Assembly (NCBI GenBank): GCA_964016885.1
Contig: OZ024744.1
Location: 51,584,001-51,648,000, forward strand
From: Eledone cirrhosa
Taxonomy: Eukaryota
Reading direction: 5' to 3'
Length of the DNA: 64,000 bases
Shown: positions 1 through 13,300 of the stretch, piece by piece
Numbering within the stretch: position 1 is the stretch's first letter
Layout: every line of letters starts with the position of its first letter
Position numbers and translations under genes: made by a program
Notes under the pieces: model-generated
What the model was told of the DNA's origin: nothing
The model's input: the letters and a program-made list of their open reading frames with translations, nothing else
The model's database searches: none

Positions 1-1380
1 ATGGTGGTGGAGGTGGTGTAACTATAGATATCAGGGCTGATGGTATGGCTGGTGATGGTGGTGGAGGTGGTGTTACTATAGATATCAGGGCTGGTGGTAT
101 GGCTGGTGATGGTGGTGGACGTGGTGTTACTATAGATATCAGGGCTGGTGGTATGGCTGGTGATGGTGGTGGAGGTGGTGTTACTATAGATATCAGGGCT
201 GATGGTATGGCTGGTGATGGTGAGGGCGGTGGTGTTACTATAGATATCAGGGCTGGTGGTATGGCTGGTGATGGTGGTGGAGGTGGTGTTACTATAGATA
301 TCAGGGCTGGTGGTATGGCTGGTGATGGTGGTGGAGGTGGTGTTACTATAGATATCAGGGCTGGTGGTATGGCTGGTGATAGTGGTGGACGTGGTGTTAC
401 TATAGATATCAGGGCTGGTGGTATGGCTGGTGATGGTGGTGGAGGTGGTGTTACTATAGATATCAGGGCTGGTGGTATGGCTGGTGATGGTGGTGGAGGT
501 GGTGTTACTATAGATATATGCGCTGGTGGTATGGCTGGTGATGGTGGTGGAGGTGGTGTTACTATAGATATCAGGGCTGATGGTATGGCTGGTGATGGTG
601 GTGGAGGTGGTGTTACTATAGATATATGCGCTGGTGGTATGGCTGGTGATGGTGGTGGAGGTGGTGTTACTATAGATATCAGGGCTGATGGTATGGCTGG
701 TGATGGTGGTGGAGGTGGTGTTACTATAGATATCAGGGCTGGTGGTATGGCTGGTGATGGTGGTGGAGGTGGTGTTACTATAGATATCAGGGCTGGTGGT
801 ATGGCTGGTGATGGTGGTGGAGGTGGTGTTACTATAGATATATGCGCTGATGGTATGGCTGGTGATGGTGGTGGAGGTGGTGTTACTATAGATATCAGGG
901 CTGGTGGTATGGCTGGTGATGGTGGTGGAGGTGGTGTTACTATAGATATCAGGGCTGATGGTATGGCTGGTGATGGTGGTGGAGGTGGTGTTACTATAGA
1001 TATCAGGGCTGGTGGTATGGCTGGTGATGGTGGTGGAGGTGGTGTTACTATAGATATCAGGGCTGGTGGTATGGCTGGTGATGGTGGTGGAGGTGGTGTT
1101 ACTATAGATATCAGGGCTGGTGGTATGGCTGGTGATGGTGGTGGAGGTGGTGTTACTATAGATATATGGGCTGATGGTATGGCTGGTGATGGTGGTGGAG
1201 GTGGTGTTACTATAGATATCAGGGCTGATGGTATGGCTGGTGATGGTGGTGGAGGTGGTGTTACTATAGATATCAGGGCTGGTGGTATGGCTGGTGATGG
1301 TGGTGGAGGTGGTGTTACTATAGATATCAGGGCTGATGGTATGGCTGGTGATGGTGGTGGAGGTGGTGTTACTATAGATA
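1..1380. repeat. 54-bp GC-rich minisatellite (~25 copies, runs off window start)
   Basis: Unit ATGGCTGGTGATGGTGGTGGAGGTGGTGTTACTATAGATATCAGGGCTGGTGGT repeated head-to-tail with a few recurring variants (ATATGCGCT, GCTGATGGT, GGACGT). Confidence 0.97.
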
Positions 1381-1390
1381 CCAGTGCTGA

Positions 1391-4300
1391 TGTAGTGTGG
1401 TGTAGTGTAGTGTGGGGTAGTGTGGTGTGGTGTGGTGTGCTGTAGTGTAGTGTAGTGTAGTGTGGTGTGGTGTAGTGTGGTGTGGTGTGGTGTAGCGTGG
1501 TGTAGTGTAGTGTGGTGTGGTGTGGTGTGTTGTAGTGTGCTCTGGTGTGCTGTAGTGTGGTGTGGTGTGGTGTGCTGTAGTGTGGTGTGGTGAGGTGTGG
1601 TGTAGTGTGGTGAAGTGTGGTGTGGTGTACTGTAGTGTGGTGTAGTGTAGTGTGGTGTGGTGTGGTGTGGTGTGGTGTAGTGTGGTGCAGTGTGGTGTAG
1701 TGTAGTGTAGTGTGGTGTGGTGTAGTGTGGTGTGCTGTAGTGTGGTGTAGTGTGGTGTAGTGTGGTGTGGTGTAGTGTGGTGTAGTGTGGTGTAGTGTAG
1801 TGTGGTGTACTGTGGTGTAGTGTAGTGTGGTGTAGTGTGGTGCAGTGTGGTGTAGTGTAGTGTAGTGTGGTGTGGTGTAGTGTGGTGTGCTGTAGTGTGG
1901 TGTAGTGTGGTGTAGTGTGGTGTGGTGTGTTGTAGTGTGCTCTGGTGTGCTGTAGTGTGGTGTAGTGTAGTGTAGTGTAGTGTAGTGTAGTGTGGTGTGG
2001 TGTGGTGTAGTGTGGTGCAGTGTGGTGTAGTGTAGTGTAGTGTGGTGTGGTGTAGTGTGGTGTACTGTAGTGTGGTGTAGTGTGGTGTAGTGTGGTGTAG
2101 TGTGGTGCAGTGTGGTGTAGTGTAGTGTAGTGTGGTGTGGTGTAGTGTGGTGTGGTGTGGTGTAGTGTGGTGCAGTGTGGTGTAGTGTAGTGTAGTGTGG
2201 TGTGGTGTAGTGTGGTGTGCTGTAGTGTAGTGTAGTGTAGTGTGGTGTAGTGTAGTGTAGTGTAGTGTGGTGTAGTGTGGTGTGGTGAGAGGTGGTGTGG
2301 TGTAGTGTAGTGTAGTGTAGTGTGGTGTAGTGTGGTGTGGTGAGAGGTGGTGTGGTGTAGTGTAGTGTAGTGTAGTGTGGTGTGGTGTGGTGTGGTGTAG
2401 TGTGGTGTAGTGTAGTGTGGTGTAGTGTGGTGTAGTGTGGTGTGGTGAGAGGTGGTGTGGTGTGCTGTAGTGTGGTGTAGTGTGGTGTAGTGTGGTGTAG
2501 TGTAGTGTGGTGTAGTGTGGTGTAGTGTACTGTGGTGTGGTGTGGTGTAGTGTGGTGTGGTGAGAGGTGGTGTGGTGTGCTGTAGTGTGGTGTAGTGTGG
2601 TGTAGTGTGGTGTAGTGTAGTGTGGTGTGGTGAGAGGTGGTGTGGTGTGGTGTAGTGTGGTGTGGTGTAGTGTGGTGTAGTGTAGTGTGGTATAGTGTAG
2701 TGTGGTATAGTGTAGTGTGGTGTAGTGTGGTGTAGTGTGGTGTGGTGTGGTGTAGTGTAGTGTAGTGTGGTGTAGTGTGGTGTAGTGTGGTGTGGTGAGA
2801 GGTGGTGTGGTGTGCTGTAGTGTGGTGTAGTGTAGTGTGGTGTAGTGTGGTGTAGTGTGGTGTAGTGTGGTGTGGTGAGAGGTGGTGTGGTGTGCTGTAG
2901 TGTGGTGTAGTGTGGTGTGGTGTAGTGTGGTGTAGTGTGGTGTAGTGTGGTGTGGTGTGGTGTAGTGTGGTGTAGTGTGGTGTAGTGTGGTGTAGTGTAG
3001 TGTGGTGTAGTGTAGTGTGGTGTGGTGTAGTGTGGTGTGGTGTAGTGTGGTGTAGTGTGGTGTAGTGTGGTGTGGTGTGGTGTAGTGTGGTGTAGTGTGG
3101 TGTAGTGTGGTGTAGTGTGGTGTAGTGTGGTGTAGTGTAGTGTAGTGTGGTGTAGTGTGGTGTGGTGAGAGGTGGTGTGGTGTGCTGTAGTGTGGTGTAG
3201 TGTGGTGTAGTGTAGTGTGGTGTGGTGTGGTGTAGTGTGGTGTGGTGAGAGGTGGTGTGGTGTGATGTAGTGTGGTGTAGTGTGGTGTAGTGTGGTGTAG
3301 TGTAGTGTGGTGTGGTGTGGTGTAGTGTAGTGTGGTATAGTGTAGTGTGGTGTAGTGTGGTGTAGTGTAGTGTGGTATAGTGTAGTGTGGTATAGTGTAG
3401 TGTGGTGTAGTGTGGTGTAGTGTGGTGTGGTGTGGTGTAGTGTAGTGTAGTGTGGTGTAGTGTGGTGTAGTGTAGTGTAGTGTGGTGTAGTGTGGTGTGG
3501 TGAGAGGTGGTGTGGTGTGATGTAGTGTGGTGTAGTGTGGTGTAGTGTGGTGTAGTGTAGTGTGGTGTGGTGTGGTGTAGTGTAGTGTGGTGTAGTGTGG
3601 TGTGGTGAGAGGTGGTGTGGTGTGGTGTAGTGTGGTGTAGTGTGGTGTAGTGTGGTGTAGTGTAGTGTGGTGTGGTGAGAGGTGGTGTGGTGTGATGTAG
3701 TGTGGTGTAGTGTGGTGTAGTGTGGTGTAGTGTAGTGTGGTGTGGTGTGGTGTAGTGTGGTGTGGTGAGAGGTGGTGTGGTGTGCTGTAGTGTGGTGTAG
3801 TGTGGTGTAGTGTGGTGTAGTGTGGTGTGGTGTGATGTAGTGTGGTGTAGTGTGGTGTAGTGTGGTGTAGTGTAGTGTGGTGTGGTGTGGTGTAGTGTAG
3901 TGTGGTATAGTGTAGTGTGGTGTAGTGTGGTGTAGTGTAGTGTGGTATAGTGTAGTGTGGTATAGTGTCGTGTGGTGTAGTGTGGTGTAGTGTGGTGTGG
4001 TGTGGTGTAGTGTAGTGTAGTGTGGTGTAGTGTGGTGTAGTGTAGTGTAGTGTGGTGTAGTGTGGTGTGGTGAGAGGTGGTGTGGTGTGCTGTAGTGTGG
4101 TGTAGTGTAGTGTGGTGTAGTGTAGTGTGGTGTGGTGTAGTGTGGTGTAGTGTGGTGTAGTGTGGTGTGGTGTGGTGTAGTGTGGTGTAGTGTGGTCTAA
4201 TGTGGTGTAGTGTAGTGTGGTGTAGTGTAGTGTGGTGTGGTGTAGTGTGGTGTGGTGTAGTGTGGTATAGTGTGGTGTAGTGTGGTGTGGTGTGGTGTAG

Positions 4301-7300
4301 TGTGGTGTAGTGTGGTGTAGTGTGGTGTAGTGTGGTGTAGTGTGGTGTAGTGTAGTGTAGTGTGGTGTAGTGTGGTGTGGTGAGAGGTGGTGTGGTGTGC
4401 TGTAGTGTGGTGTAGTGTGGTGTAGTGTAGTGTGGTGTGGTGTGGTGTAGTGTGGTGTGGTGAGAGGTGGTGTGGTGTGATGTAGTGTGGTGTAGTGTGG
4501 TGTAGTGTGGTGTAGTGTGGTGTAGTGTGGTGTAGTGTGGTGTAGTGTAGTGTAGTGTGGTGTAGTGTGGTGTGGTGAGAGGTGGTGTGGTGTGCTGTAG
4601 TGTGGTGTAGTGTGGTGTAGTGTAGTGTGGTGTGGTGTGGTGTAGTGTGGTGTGGTGAGAGGTGGTGTGGTGTGATGTAGTGTGGTGTAGTGTGGTGTAG
4701 TGTGGTGTAGTGTAGTGTGGTGTGGTGTGGTGTAGTGTAGTGTGGTATAGTGTAGTGTGGTGTAGTGTGGTGTAGTGTAGTGTGGTATAGTGTAGTGTGG
4801 TATAGTGTAGTGTGGTGTAGTGTGGTGTAGTGTGGTGTGGTGTGGTGTAGTGTAGTGTAGTGTGGTGTAGTGTGGTGTAGTGTAGTGTAGTGTGGTGTAG
4901 TGTGGTGTGGTGAGAGGTGGTGTGGTGTGGTGTAGTGTGGTGTAGTGTGGTGTAGTGTGGTGTAGTGTAGTGTGGTGTGGTGTGGTGTAGTGTAGTGTGG
5001 TATAGTGTAGTGTGGTGTAGTGTGGTGTAGTGTAGTGTGGTATAGTGTAGTGTGGTGTAGTGTAGTGTGGTGTAGTGTGGTGTAGTGTGGTGTAGTGTGG
5101 TGTAGTGTAGTGTGATGTAGTATAGAGTAGTGTAGTGTGGTGTGGTGTGGTGTGGTGAGAGGTGGTGTAGTGTAGTGTAGTGTAGTGTGGTGTGGTGTAG
5201 TGTGGTGTGGTGTAGTGTGGTGTGGTGTAGTGTGGTGTGGTGTGGTGTAGTGTGGTGTAGTGTAGTGTAGTGTGGTGTGGTGTGGTGAGATGTGGTGTGC
5301 TGTGGTGTAGTGTAGTGTAGTGTGGTGTGGTGTGGTCTGGTGTGGTGTGGTGTAGTGTGGTGTAGTGTAGTGTAGTGTAGTGTGGTGTGGTGTGGTGTAG
5401 TGTGGTATAGTGTGGTGTGGTGTGGTGTGGTGTAGTGTGGTGTGGTGTAGTATGGTGTAGTGTGGTGTAGTGTAGTGTGGTGAGGTGTGGTGTACTGTAG
5501 TGTGGTGTAGTGTAGTGTGGTGTGGTGTGGTGTGGTGTGGTGAGGGATGGTGTGCTGTAGTGTGGTGTAGTGTAGTGTGGTGTGGTGTGGTGTGGTGTGG
5601 TGAGGGATGGTGTGCTGTAGTGTGGTGTAGTGTGGTGTAGTGTGGTGTGGTGTGGTGTAGTGTGGTATAATGTGGTGTGGTGTGGTGTAGTGTGGTGTGG
5701 TGTGCTGTAGTGTGGTGTAGTGTAGTGTAGTATAGTGTGCTGTAGTGTGGTATAGTGTAGTGTGGTGTGGTGTGGTGTAATGTAGTGTAGTGTAGTGTGG
5801 TGTAGTGTAGTGTAGTGTGGTGTAGTGTAGTATGGTCTGGTGTGGTGTGGTGTAGTGTAGTGTAGTGTAGTGTAGGGTGGTGTGGTGTGGTGTGGTATAG
5901 TGTGGTGTGGTGTGGTGTGGTGTGGCCTGGTGTGGTGTGGTCTAGTGTGGTGTAGTGTAGTGTAGTGTGGTGTAGTGTATTGTGGTGTGGTGTGGTGTGG
6001 TGTAGTGTAGTGTGGTGTAGTGTAGTGTAGTGTAGTGTAGTGTGGTGTAATGTGGTGTGGTGTGGTGTAATGTAGTGTAGTGTAGGGAAATGTAATGTAG
6101 TGTAGGGAAGTATAGTGTAGTTGTGTGTAATGCAGTGTGGTGTGGTGTAGTGTAGTGTGCTGTGGTGTAGTGTGGTGTGGTGTGGTATAGTGTGGTGTAA
6201 TGTAGTGTAGTGAAGTGTAGTGTGGTGTAGTGTTGTGGAGTGTGGGGTAGTGTGGTGTAGTGTGGTGTAGTGTAGTGTAGTGTGGTGCAGTGTAATGTGG
6301 TGTGGTGTAGGGTGGTGTTGTGTAGTGTGGTGTAGCGTGGTGTGGTGTAGTGTGGTGTAGTGTAGTGTAGTGTGGTGGCGTGTAGTGTGGTGTAGTGTGG
6401 GGTAGTGTGATGTAGTGTAGTGTAGTGTAGTGTAGTGTGGTGTGGTGTAGTGTGGTGTGGTGTAGTGTGGTGTGGTCCAGTATGGTGCAGTGAAGTGTGG
6501 TGTAGTATCGTGTATTGTGGTGTAGTGTGGTGTAGTGTGTTGTAGTGTGGTGTAGTGTGGTGTAGTGTGGTGTAGTGTAGTGTAGTGTGGTGTAGTGTGG
6601 TGTAGTGTGGTGTAGTGTAGTGTGGTGTAGTGTAGTGTGGTGTAGTGTGGTGTGGTGTAGTGTGGTGTAGTGTGGTGTAGTGTGGTGTGGTGTGGTGTAG
6701 TGTGGTGTAGTGTGGTGTAGTGTGGTGTAGTGTGGTGTAGTGTGGTGTAGTGTAGTGTAGTGTGGTGTAGTGTGGTGTGGTGAGAGGTGGTGTGGTGTGC
6801 TGTAGTGTGGTGTAGTGTGGTGTAGTGTAGTGTGGTGTGGTGTGGTGTAGTGTGGTGTGGTGAGAGGTGGTGTGGTGTGATGTAGTGTGGTGTAGTGTGG
6901 TGTAGTGTGGTGTAGTGTAGTGTGGTGTGGTGTGGTGTAGTGTAGTGTGGTATAGTGTAGTGTGGTGTAGTGTGGTGTAGTGTAGTGTGGTATAGTGTAG
7001 TGTGGTATAGTGTAGTGTGGTGTAGTGTGGTGTAGTGTGGTGTGGTGTGGTGTAGTGTAGTGTAGTGTGGTGTAGTGTGGTGTAGTGTAGTGTAGTGTGG
7101 TGTAGTGTGGTGTGGTGAGAGGTGGTGTGGTGTGATGTAGTGTGGTGTAGTGTGGTGTAGTGTGGTGTAGTGTAGTGTGGTGTGGTGTGGTGTAGTGTAG
7201 TGTGGTGTAGTGTGGTGTGGTGAGAGGTGGTGTGGTGTGGTGTAGTGTGGTGTAGTGTGGTGTAGTGTGGTGTAGTGTAGTGTGGTGTGGTGAGAGGTGG

Positions 7301-10300
7301 TGTGGTGTGATGTAGTGTGGTGTAGTGTGGTGTAGTGTGGTGTAGTGTAGTGTGGTGTGGTGTGGTGTAGTGTGGTGTGGTGAGAGGTGGTGTGGTGTGC
7401 TGTAGTGTGGTGTAGTGTGGTGTAGTGTGGTGTAGTGTGGTGTGGTGTGATGTAGTGTGGTGTAGTGTGGTGTAGTGTGGTGTAGTGTAGTGTGGTGTGG
7501 TGTGGTGTAGTGTAGTGTGGTATAGTGTAGTGTGGTGTAGTGTGGTGTAGTGTAGTGTGGTATAGTGTAGTGTGGTATAGTGTCGTGTGGTGTAGTGTGG
7601 TGTAGTGTGGTGTGGTGTGGTGTAGTGTAGTGTAGTGTGGTGTAGTGTGGTGTAGTGTAGTGTAGTGTGGTGTAGTGTGGTGTGGTGAGAGGTGGTGTGG
7701 TGTGCTGTAGTGTGGTGTAGTGTAGTGTGGTGTAGTGTAGTGTGGTGTGGTGTAGTGTGGTGTAGTGTGGTGTAGTGTGGTGTGGTGTGGTGTAGTGTGG
7801 TGTAGTGTGGTCTAATGTGGTGTAGTGTAGTGTGGTGTAGTGTAGTGTGGTGTGGTGTAGTGTGGTGTGGTGTAGTGTGGTATAGTGTGGTGTAGTGTGG
7901 TGTGGTGTGGTGTAGTGTGGTGTAGTGTGGTGTAGTGTGGTGTAGTGTGGTGTAGTGTGGTGTAGTGTAGTGTAGTGTGGTGTAGTGTGGTGTGGTGAGA
8001 GGTGGTGTGGTGTGCTGTAGTGTGGTGTAGTGTGGTGTAGTGTAGTGTGGTGTGGTGTGGTGTAGTGTGGTGTGGTGAGAGGTGGTGTGGTGTGATGTAG
8101 TGTGGTGTAGTGTGGTGTAGTGTGGTGTAGTGTGGTGTAGTGTGGTGTAGTGTGGTGTAGTGTAGTGTAGTGTGGTGTAGTGTGGTGTGGTGAGAGGTGG
8201 TGTGGTGTGCTGTAGTGTGGTGTAGTGTGGTGTAGTGTAGTGTGGTGTGGTGTGGTGTAGTGTGGTGTGGTGAGAGGTGGTGTGGTGTGATGTAGTGTGG
8301 TGTAGTGTGGTGTAGTGTGGTGTAGTGTAGTGTGGTGTGGTGTGGTGTAGTGTAGTGTGGTATAGTGTAGTGTGGTGTAGTGTGGTGTAGTGTAGTGTGG
8401 TATAGTGTAGTGTGGTATAGTGTAGTGTGGTGTAGTGTGGTGTAGTGTGGTGTGGTGTGGTGTAGTGTAGTGTAGTGTGGTGTAGTGTGGTGTAGTGTAG
8501 TGTAGTGTGGTGTAGTGTGGTGTGGTGAGAGGTGGTGTGGTGTGGTGTAGTGTGGTGTAGTGTGGTGTAGTGTGGTGTAGTGTAGTGTGGTGTGGTGTGG
8601 TGTAGTGTAGTGTGGTATAGTGTAGTGTGGTGTAGTGTGGTGTAGTGTAGTGTGGTATAGTGTAGTGTGGTGTAGTGTAGTGTGGTGTAGTGTGGTGTAG
8701 TGTGGTGTAGTGTGGTGTAGTGTAGTGTGATGTAGTATAGAGTAGTGTAGTGTGGTGTGGTGTGGTGTGGTGAGAGGTGGTGTAGTGTAGTGTAGTGTAG
8801 TGTGGTGTGGTGTAGTGTGGTGTGGTGTAGTGTGGTGTGGTGTAGTGTGGTGTGGTGTGGTGTAGTGTGGTGTAGTGTAGTGTAGTGTGGTGTGGTGTGG
8901 TGAGATGTGGTGTGCTGTGGTGTAGTGTAGTGTAGTGTGGTGTGGTGTGGTCTGGTGTGGTGTGGTGTAGTGTGGTGTAGTGTAGTGTAGTGTAGTGTGG
9001 TGTGGTGTGGTGTAGTGTGGTATAGTGTGGTGTGGTGTGGTGTGGTGTAGTGTGGTGTGGTGTAGTATGGTGTAGTGTGGTGTAGTGTAGTGTGGTGAGG
9101 TGTGGTGTACTGTAGTGTGGTGTAGTGTAGTGTGGTGTGGTGTGGTGTGGTGTGGTGAGGGATGGTGTGCTGTAGTGTGGTGTAGTGTAGTGTGGTGTGG
9201 TGTGGTGTGGTGTGGTGAGGGATGGTGTGCTGTAGTGTGGTGTAGTGTGGTGTAGTGTGGTGTGGTGTGGTGTAGTGTGGTATAATGTGGTGTGGTGTGG
9301 TGTAGTGTGGTGTGGTGTGCTGTAGTGTGGTGTAGTGTAGTGTAGTATAGTGTGCTGTAGTGTGGTATAGTGTAGTGTGGTGTGGTGTGGTGTAATGTAG
9401 TGTAGTGTAGTGTGGTGTAGTGTAGTGTAGTGTGGTGTAGTGTAGTATGGTCTGGTGTGGTGTGGTGTAGTGTAGTGTAGTGTAGTGTAGGGTGGTGTGG
9501 TGTGGTGTGGTATAGTGTGGTGTGGTGTGGTGTGGTGTGGCCTGGTGTGGTGTGGTCTAGTGTGGTGTAGTGTAGTGTAGTGTGGTGTAGTGTATTGTGG
9601 TGTGGTGTGGTGTGGTGTAGTGTAGTGTGGTGTAGTGTAGTGTAGTGTAGTGTAGTGTGGTGTAATGTGGTGTGGTGTGGTGTAATGTAGTGTAGTGTAG
9701 GGAAATGTAATGTAGTGTAGGGAAGTATAGTGTAGTTGTGTGTAATGCAGTGTGGTGTGGTGTAGTGTAGTGTGCTGTGGTGTAGTGTGGTGTGGTGTGG
9801 TATAGTGTGGTGTAATGTAGTGTAGTGAAGTGTAGTGTGGTGTAGTGTTGTGGAGTGTGGGGTAGTGTGGTGTAGTGTGGTGTAGTGTAGTGTAGTGTGG
9901 TGCAGTGTAATGTGGTGTGGTGTAGGGTGGTGTTGTGTAGTGTGGTGTAGCGTGGTGTGGTGTAGTGTGGTGTAGTGTAGTGTAGTGTGGTGGCGTGTAG
10001 TGTGGTGTAGTGTGGGGTAGTGTGATGTAGTGTAGTGTAGTGTAGTGTAGTGTGGTGTGGTGTAGTGTGGTGTGGTGTAGTGTGGTGTGGTCCAGTATGG
10101 TGCAGTGAAGTGTGGTGTAGTATCGTGTATTGTGGTGTAGTGTGGTGTAGTGTGTTGTAGTGTGGTGTAGTGTGGTGTAGTGTGGTGTAGTGTAGTGTAG
10201 TGTGGTGTAGTGTTGTGTAGTGTGGTGTAGTGTAGTGTGGTGGGGTGTAGTGACGTGTAATGTAGTGTGGTGTAGTATAGTGTGGTGTGGTGTAGTGTGG

Positions 10301-13300
10301 TGTAGAGTAGTGTGGTGTGGTGTAGTATAGTGTGGTCTAGTGTAGTGTATTGTGGTGTAGTGTGGTGTAGTGTGGTGTAGTGTGGTTTGATGTAGTGTCG
10401 TGTAGTGTAGTGTGGTGTTGTGTGGTGTAGTGTGCCGTAGTGTAGTGTGGTGTAGTATAGTGTATTGTTGTGTAGTGTGGTGTAGTGTGGTGTAGTGTGG
10501 TGTAGTGAGTTGTAGTGTGGTCTATTTTAGTGTAGTGTGGTGTAGTGTAGTGTAGTGTCGTGTAGTCTGGTGTGGTGTAGTGTGGTGTAGTGTGGTGTAG
10601 TGTAGTGTGGTGTACTGTGCTGTAGTGTGGTGTAGTGTTGTGTAGTGTGGTTTAGTGTAGTGTGGTGTGGTGTAGTGTGGTGTAGTGTGGTGTAGTGTAG
10701 TATGGTAAAGTGTAGTGTGGTGTAGTGTAGTGTGGTGTGGTGTAGTGTGGTGTAGTGTAGTGTGGTGTAGTGTGGTGTAGTGTTGTGTGGTGTGGTGTAG
10801 TGTAGTGTAGTGTGGTGTAGTGTAGTGTGGTGTAGTGTGGTGTAGTGTGGAGTAGTTTGCTGTAGTGTAGTGTGCTGTAGTCCCGTCTAGTGTAGTGTGG
10901 TGTAGTGTGGTGTAGTGTAGTGTGTTGTGGTGTAGTGTGGTGTAGTGTGGTGTAGTGTGGTGTAGTGTGGTGTAGTGTAGTGTGGTGTGGTGTAGTGTGG
11001 TGTAGTGTGGTGTAGTGTAGTGTGGTGTAGTGTGGTCTAGTGTAGTGTAGTGTGGTGTAGTCTGGTGTAGTGTGGTGTGGTGGGTGTAGTGTAGTATGGT
11101 ATGGTGTAGTGTAGTATGGTGTAGTCTAGTGTAGTGTGGTGTGGTGAGGTGTAGTGTATGTGGTGTAGTGAAGTGTAGTGTGGTGTAGTGTAGTGTGGTG
11201 TGGTGTAGTGTGGTGTGGTGTGGTGTAGTGTGGTGTAGTGTAGTGTAGTATGGTGTCGTGTAGCGTGGTGTGGTGTGGTGTAGTGTGGTGTGGTGTAGTA
11301 TAGTGTAGTGTGGTGTAGTATGGTGTAGTGTAGTGTGGTGTGGTGTAGTGTAGTGTAGTGTAATGTGGTGTAGTGTGGGGTAGTGTGGTGTAGTGTAGTG
11401 TGGTGTAGTGTAATGTGGTGTAGTGTAGCGTGGTGCAGTGTGTTGTGGTGTGGTGTAGTGTAGTGTGGTGTCGTGTAGTGTGGTGTAGTGTAGTGTGGTG
11501 TGGTGTAGTGTGGTGTAGTATAGTGTAGTGTGGTGTAGTGTAGTCTGGTGTGGTGTAGTGTTGTATGGTGTGGTGTAGTGTGGTGTAGTGTAGTGTAGTG
11601 TAGTGTGGTGTGGTGTAGTGTAGTGTAGTGTGGTGTGGTGTAGTGTAGTGTGGTGTGGTGTGGTGTAGTATAGTGTAGTGTAGTGTAGTGTGGTGTAGTG
11701 TAGTGTGGTGTGGTGTAGTGTGGTGTAGTGTGGTGTAGTGTGGTTTAGTGTGGTGTGGTGTAGTGTTGTGTAGTGTAGTGTGGTGTGGTGTAGTGTGGTG
11801 TAGTGTACTGTAGTGTGGTGTAGTGTAGTGTCGTGTGGTGTAGTGTAGTGTAGTGTAGTGTGGTGTAGTGTGGTGTAGTGTAGTGTGGTGTAGTGAAGTG
11901 TAGTGTGGTGTAGTGTAGTGTGGTGTGGTGTATTGTGGTGTGGTGTGGTGTGGTGTAGTGTGGTGTAGTGTAGTGTAGTGTGGTGTGGTGTAGTGTAGTG
12001 TGTTGTGGTGTAGCGTGGTGTAGTGTGGTGTAGTGTGGTGTAGTGTAGTGTGGTGTGGTGTAGTGTGGTGTAGTGTGGTGTATTGTAGTGTGGTGTAGTG
12101 TGGTCTAGTGTAGTGTAGTGTGGTGTAGTCTGGTGTAGTGTGGTGTGGTGTGGTGTAGTGTAGTATGGTATGGTGTAGTGTAGTATGGTGTAGTCTAGTG
12201 TAGTGTGGTGTGGTGTGGTGTAGTGTATGTGGTGTAGTGAAGTGTAGTGTGGTGTAGTGTAGTGTGGTGTGGTGTAGTGTGGTGTGGTGTGGTGTAGTGT
12301 GGTGTAGTGTAGTGTAGTATGGTGTCGTGTAGCCTGGTGTGGTGTGGTGTAGTGTGGTGTGGTGTAGTATAGTGTAGTGTGGTGTAGTATGGTGTAGTGT
12401 AGTGTGGTGTGGTGTAGTGTAGTGTAGTGTAATGTGGTGTAGTGTGGTGTAGTGTGGTGTAGTGTAGTGTGGTGTAGTGTAATGTGGTGTAGTGTAGTGT
12501 GGTGCAGTGTGTTGTGGTGTGGTGTAGTGTAGTGTGCTGTCGTGTAGTGTGGTGTAGTGTAGTGTGGTGTGGTGTAGTGTGGTGTAGTATAGTGTAGTGT
12601 GGTGTAGTGTAGTGTGGTGTGGTGTAGTGTTGTATGGTGTGGTGTAGTGTGGTGTAGTGTAGTGTAGTGTGGTGTGGTGTAGTGTAGTGTAGTGTGGTGT
12701 GGTGTAGTGTAGTGTAGTGTGGTGTGGTGTGGTGTAGTATAGTGTAGTGTAGTGTAGTGTGGTGTAGTGTAGTGTGGTGTGGTGTAGTGTGGTGTAGTGT
12801 GGTGTAGTGTGGTTTAGTGTGGTGTGGTGTAGTGTTGTGTAGTGTAGCGTGGTGTGGTGTAGTGTGGTGTAGTGTGGTGTAGTGTGGTGTAGTGTAGTGT
12901 CGTGTGGTGTAGTGTAGTGTAGTGTAGTGTGGTGTAGTGTGGTGTAGTGTAGTGTAGTGTGGTGTAGTGAAGTGTAGTGTGGTGTAGTGTAGAGTGGTGT
13001 GGTGTATTGTGGTGTGGTGTGGTGTGGTGTGGTGTAGTGTGGTGTAGTGTAGTGTAGTGTGGTGTAGTGTAGCGTGGTGTGGTGTGGTGTAGTGTGGTGT
13101 AGTGTGGTGTGGTGTAGTATAGTGTAGTGTAGTGTGGTGTGATGTAGTGTGGTGTAGTGTAGTGTGGTGTAGTGTAGTGTGGTGTGGTGTAGTGTGGTGT
13201 GGTGTGGTGTAGTGTAGTGTGGTGTAGTGTAGTGTAGTGTGGTGTAGTGTAGTATAGTGTAGTGTGGTGTAGTGTGGTGTGGTGTAGTGTGGTGTGGTGT

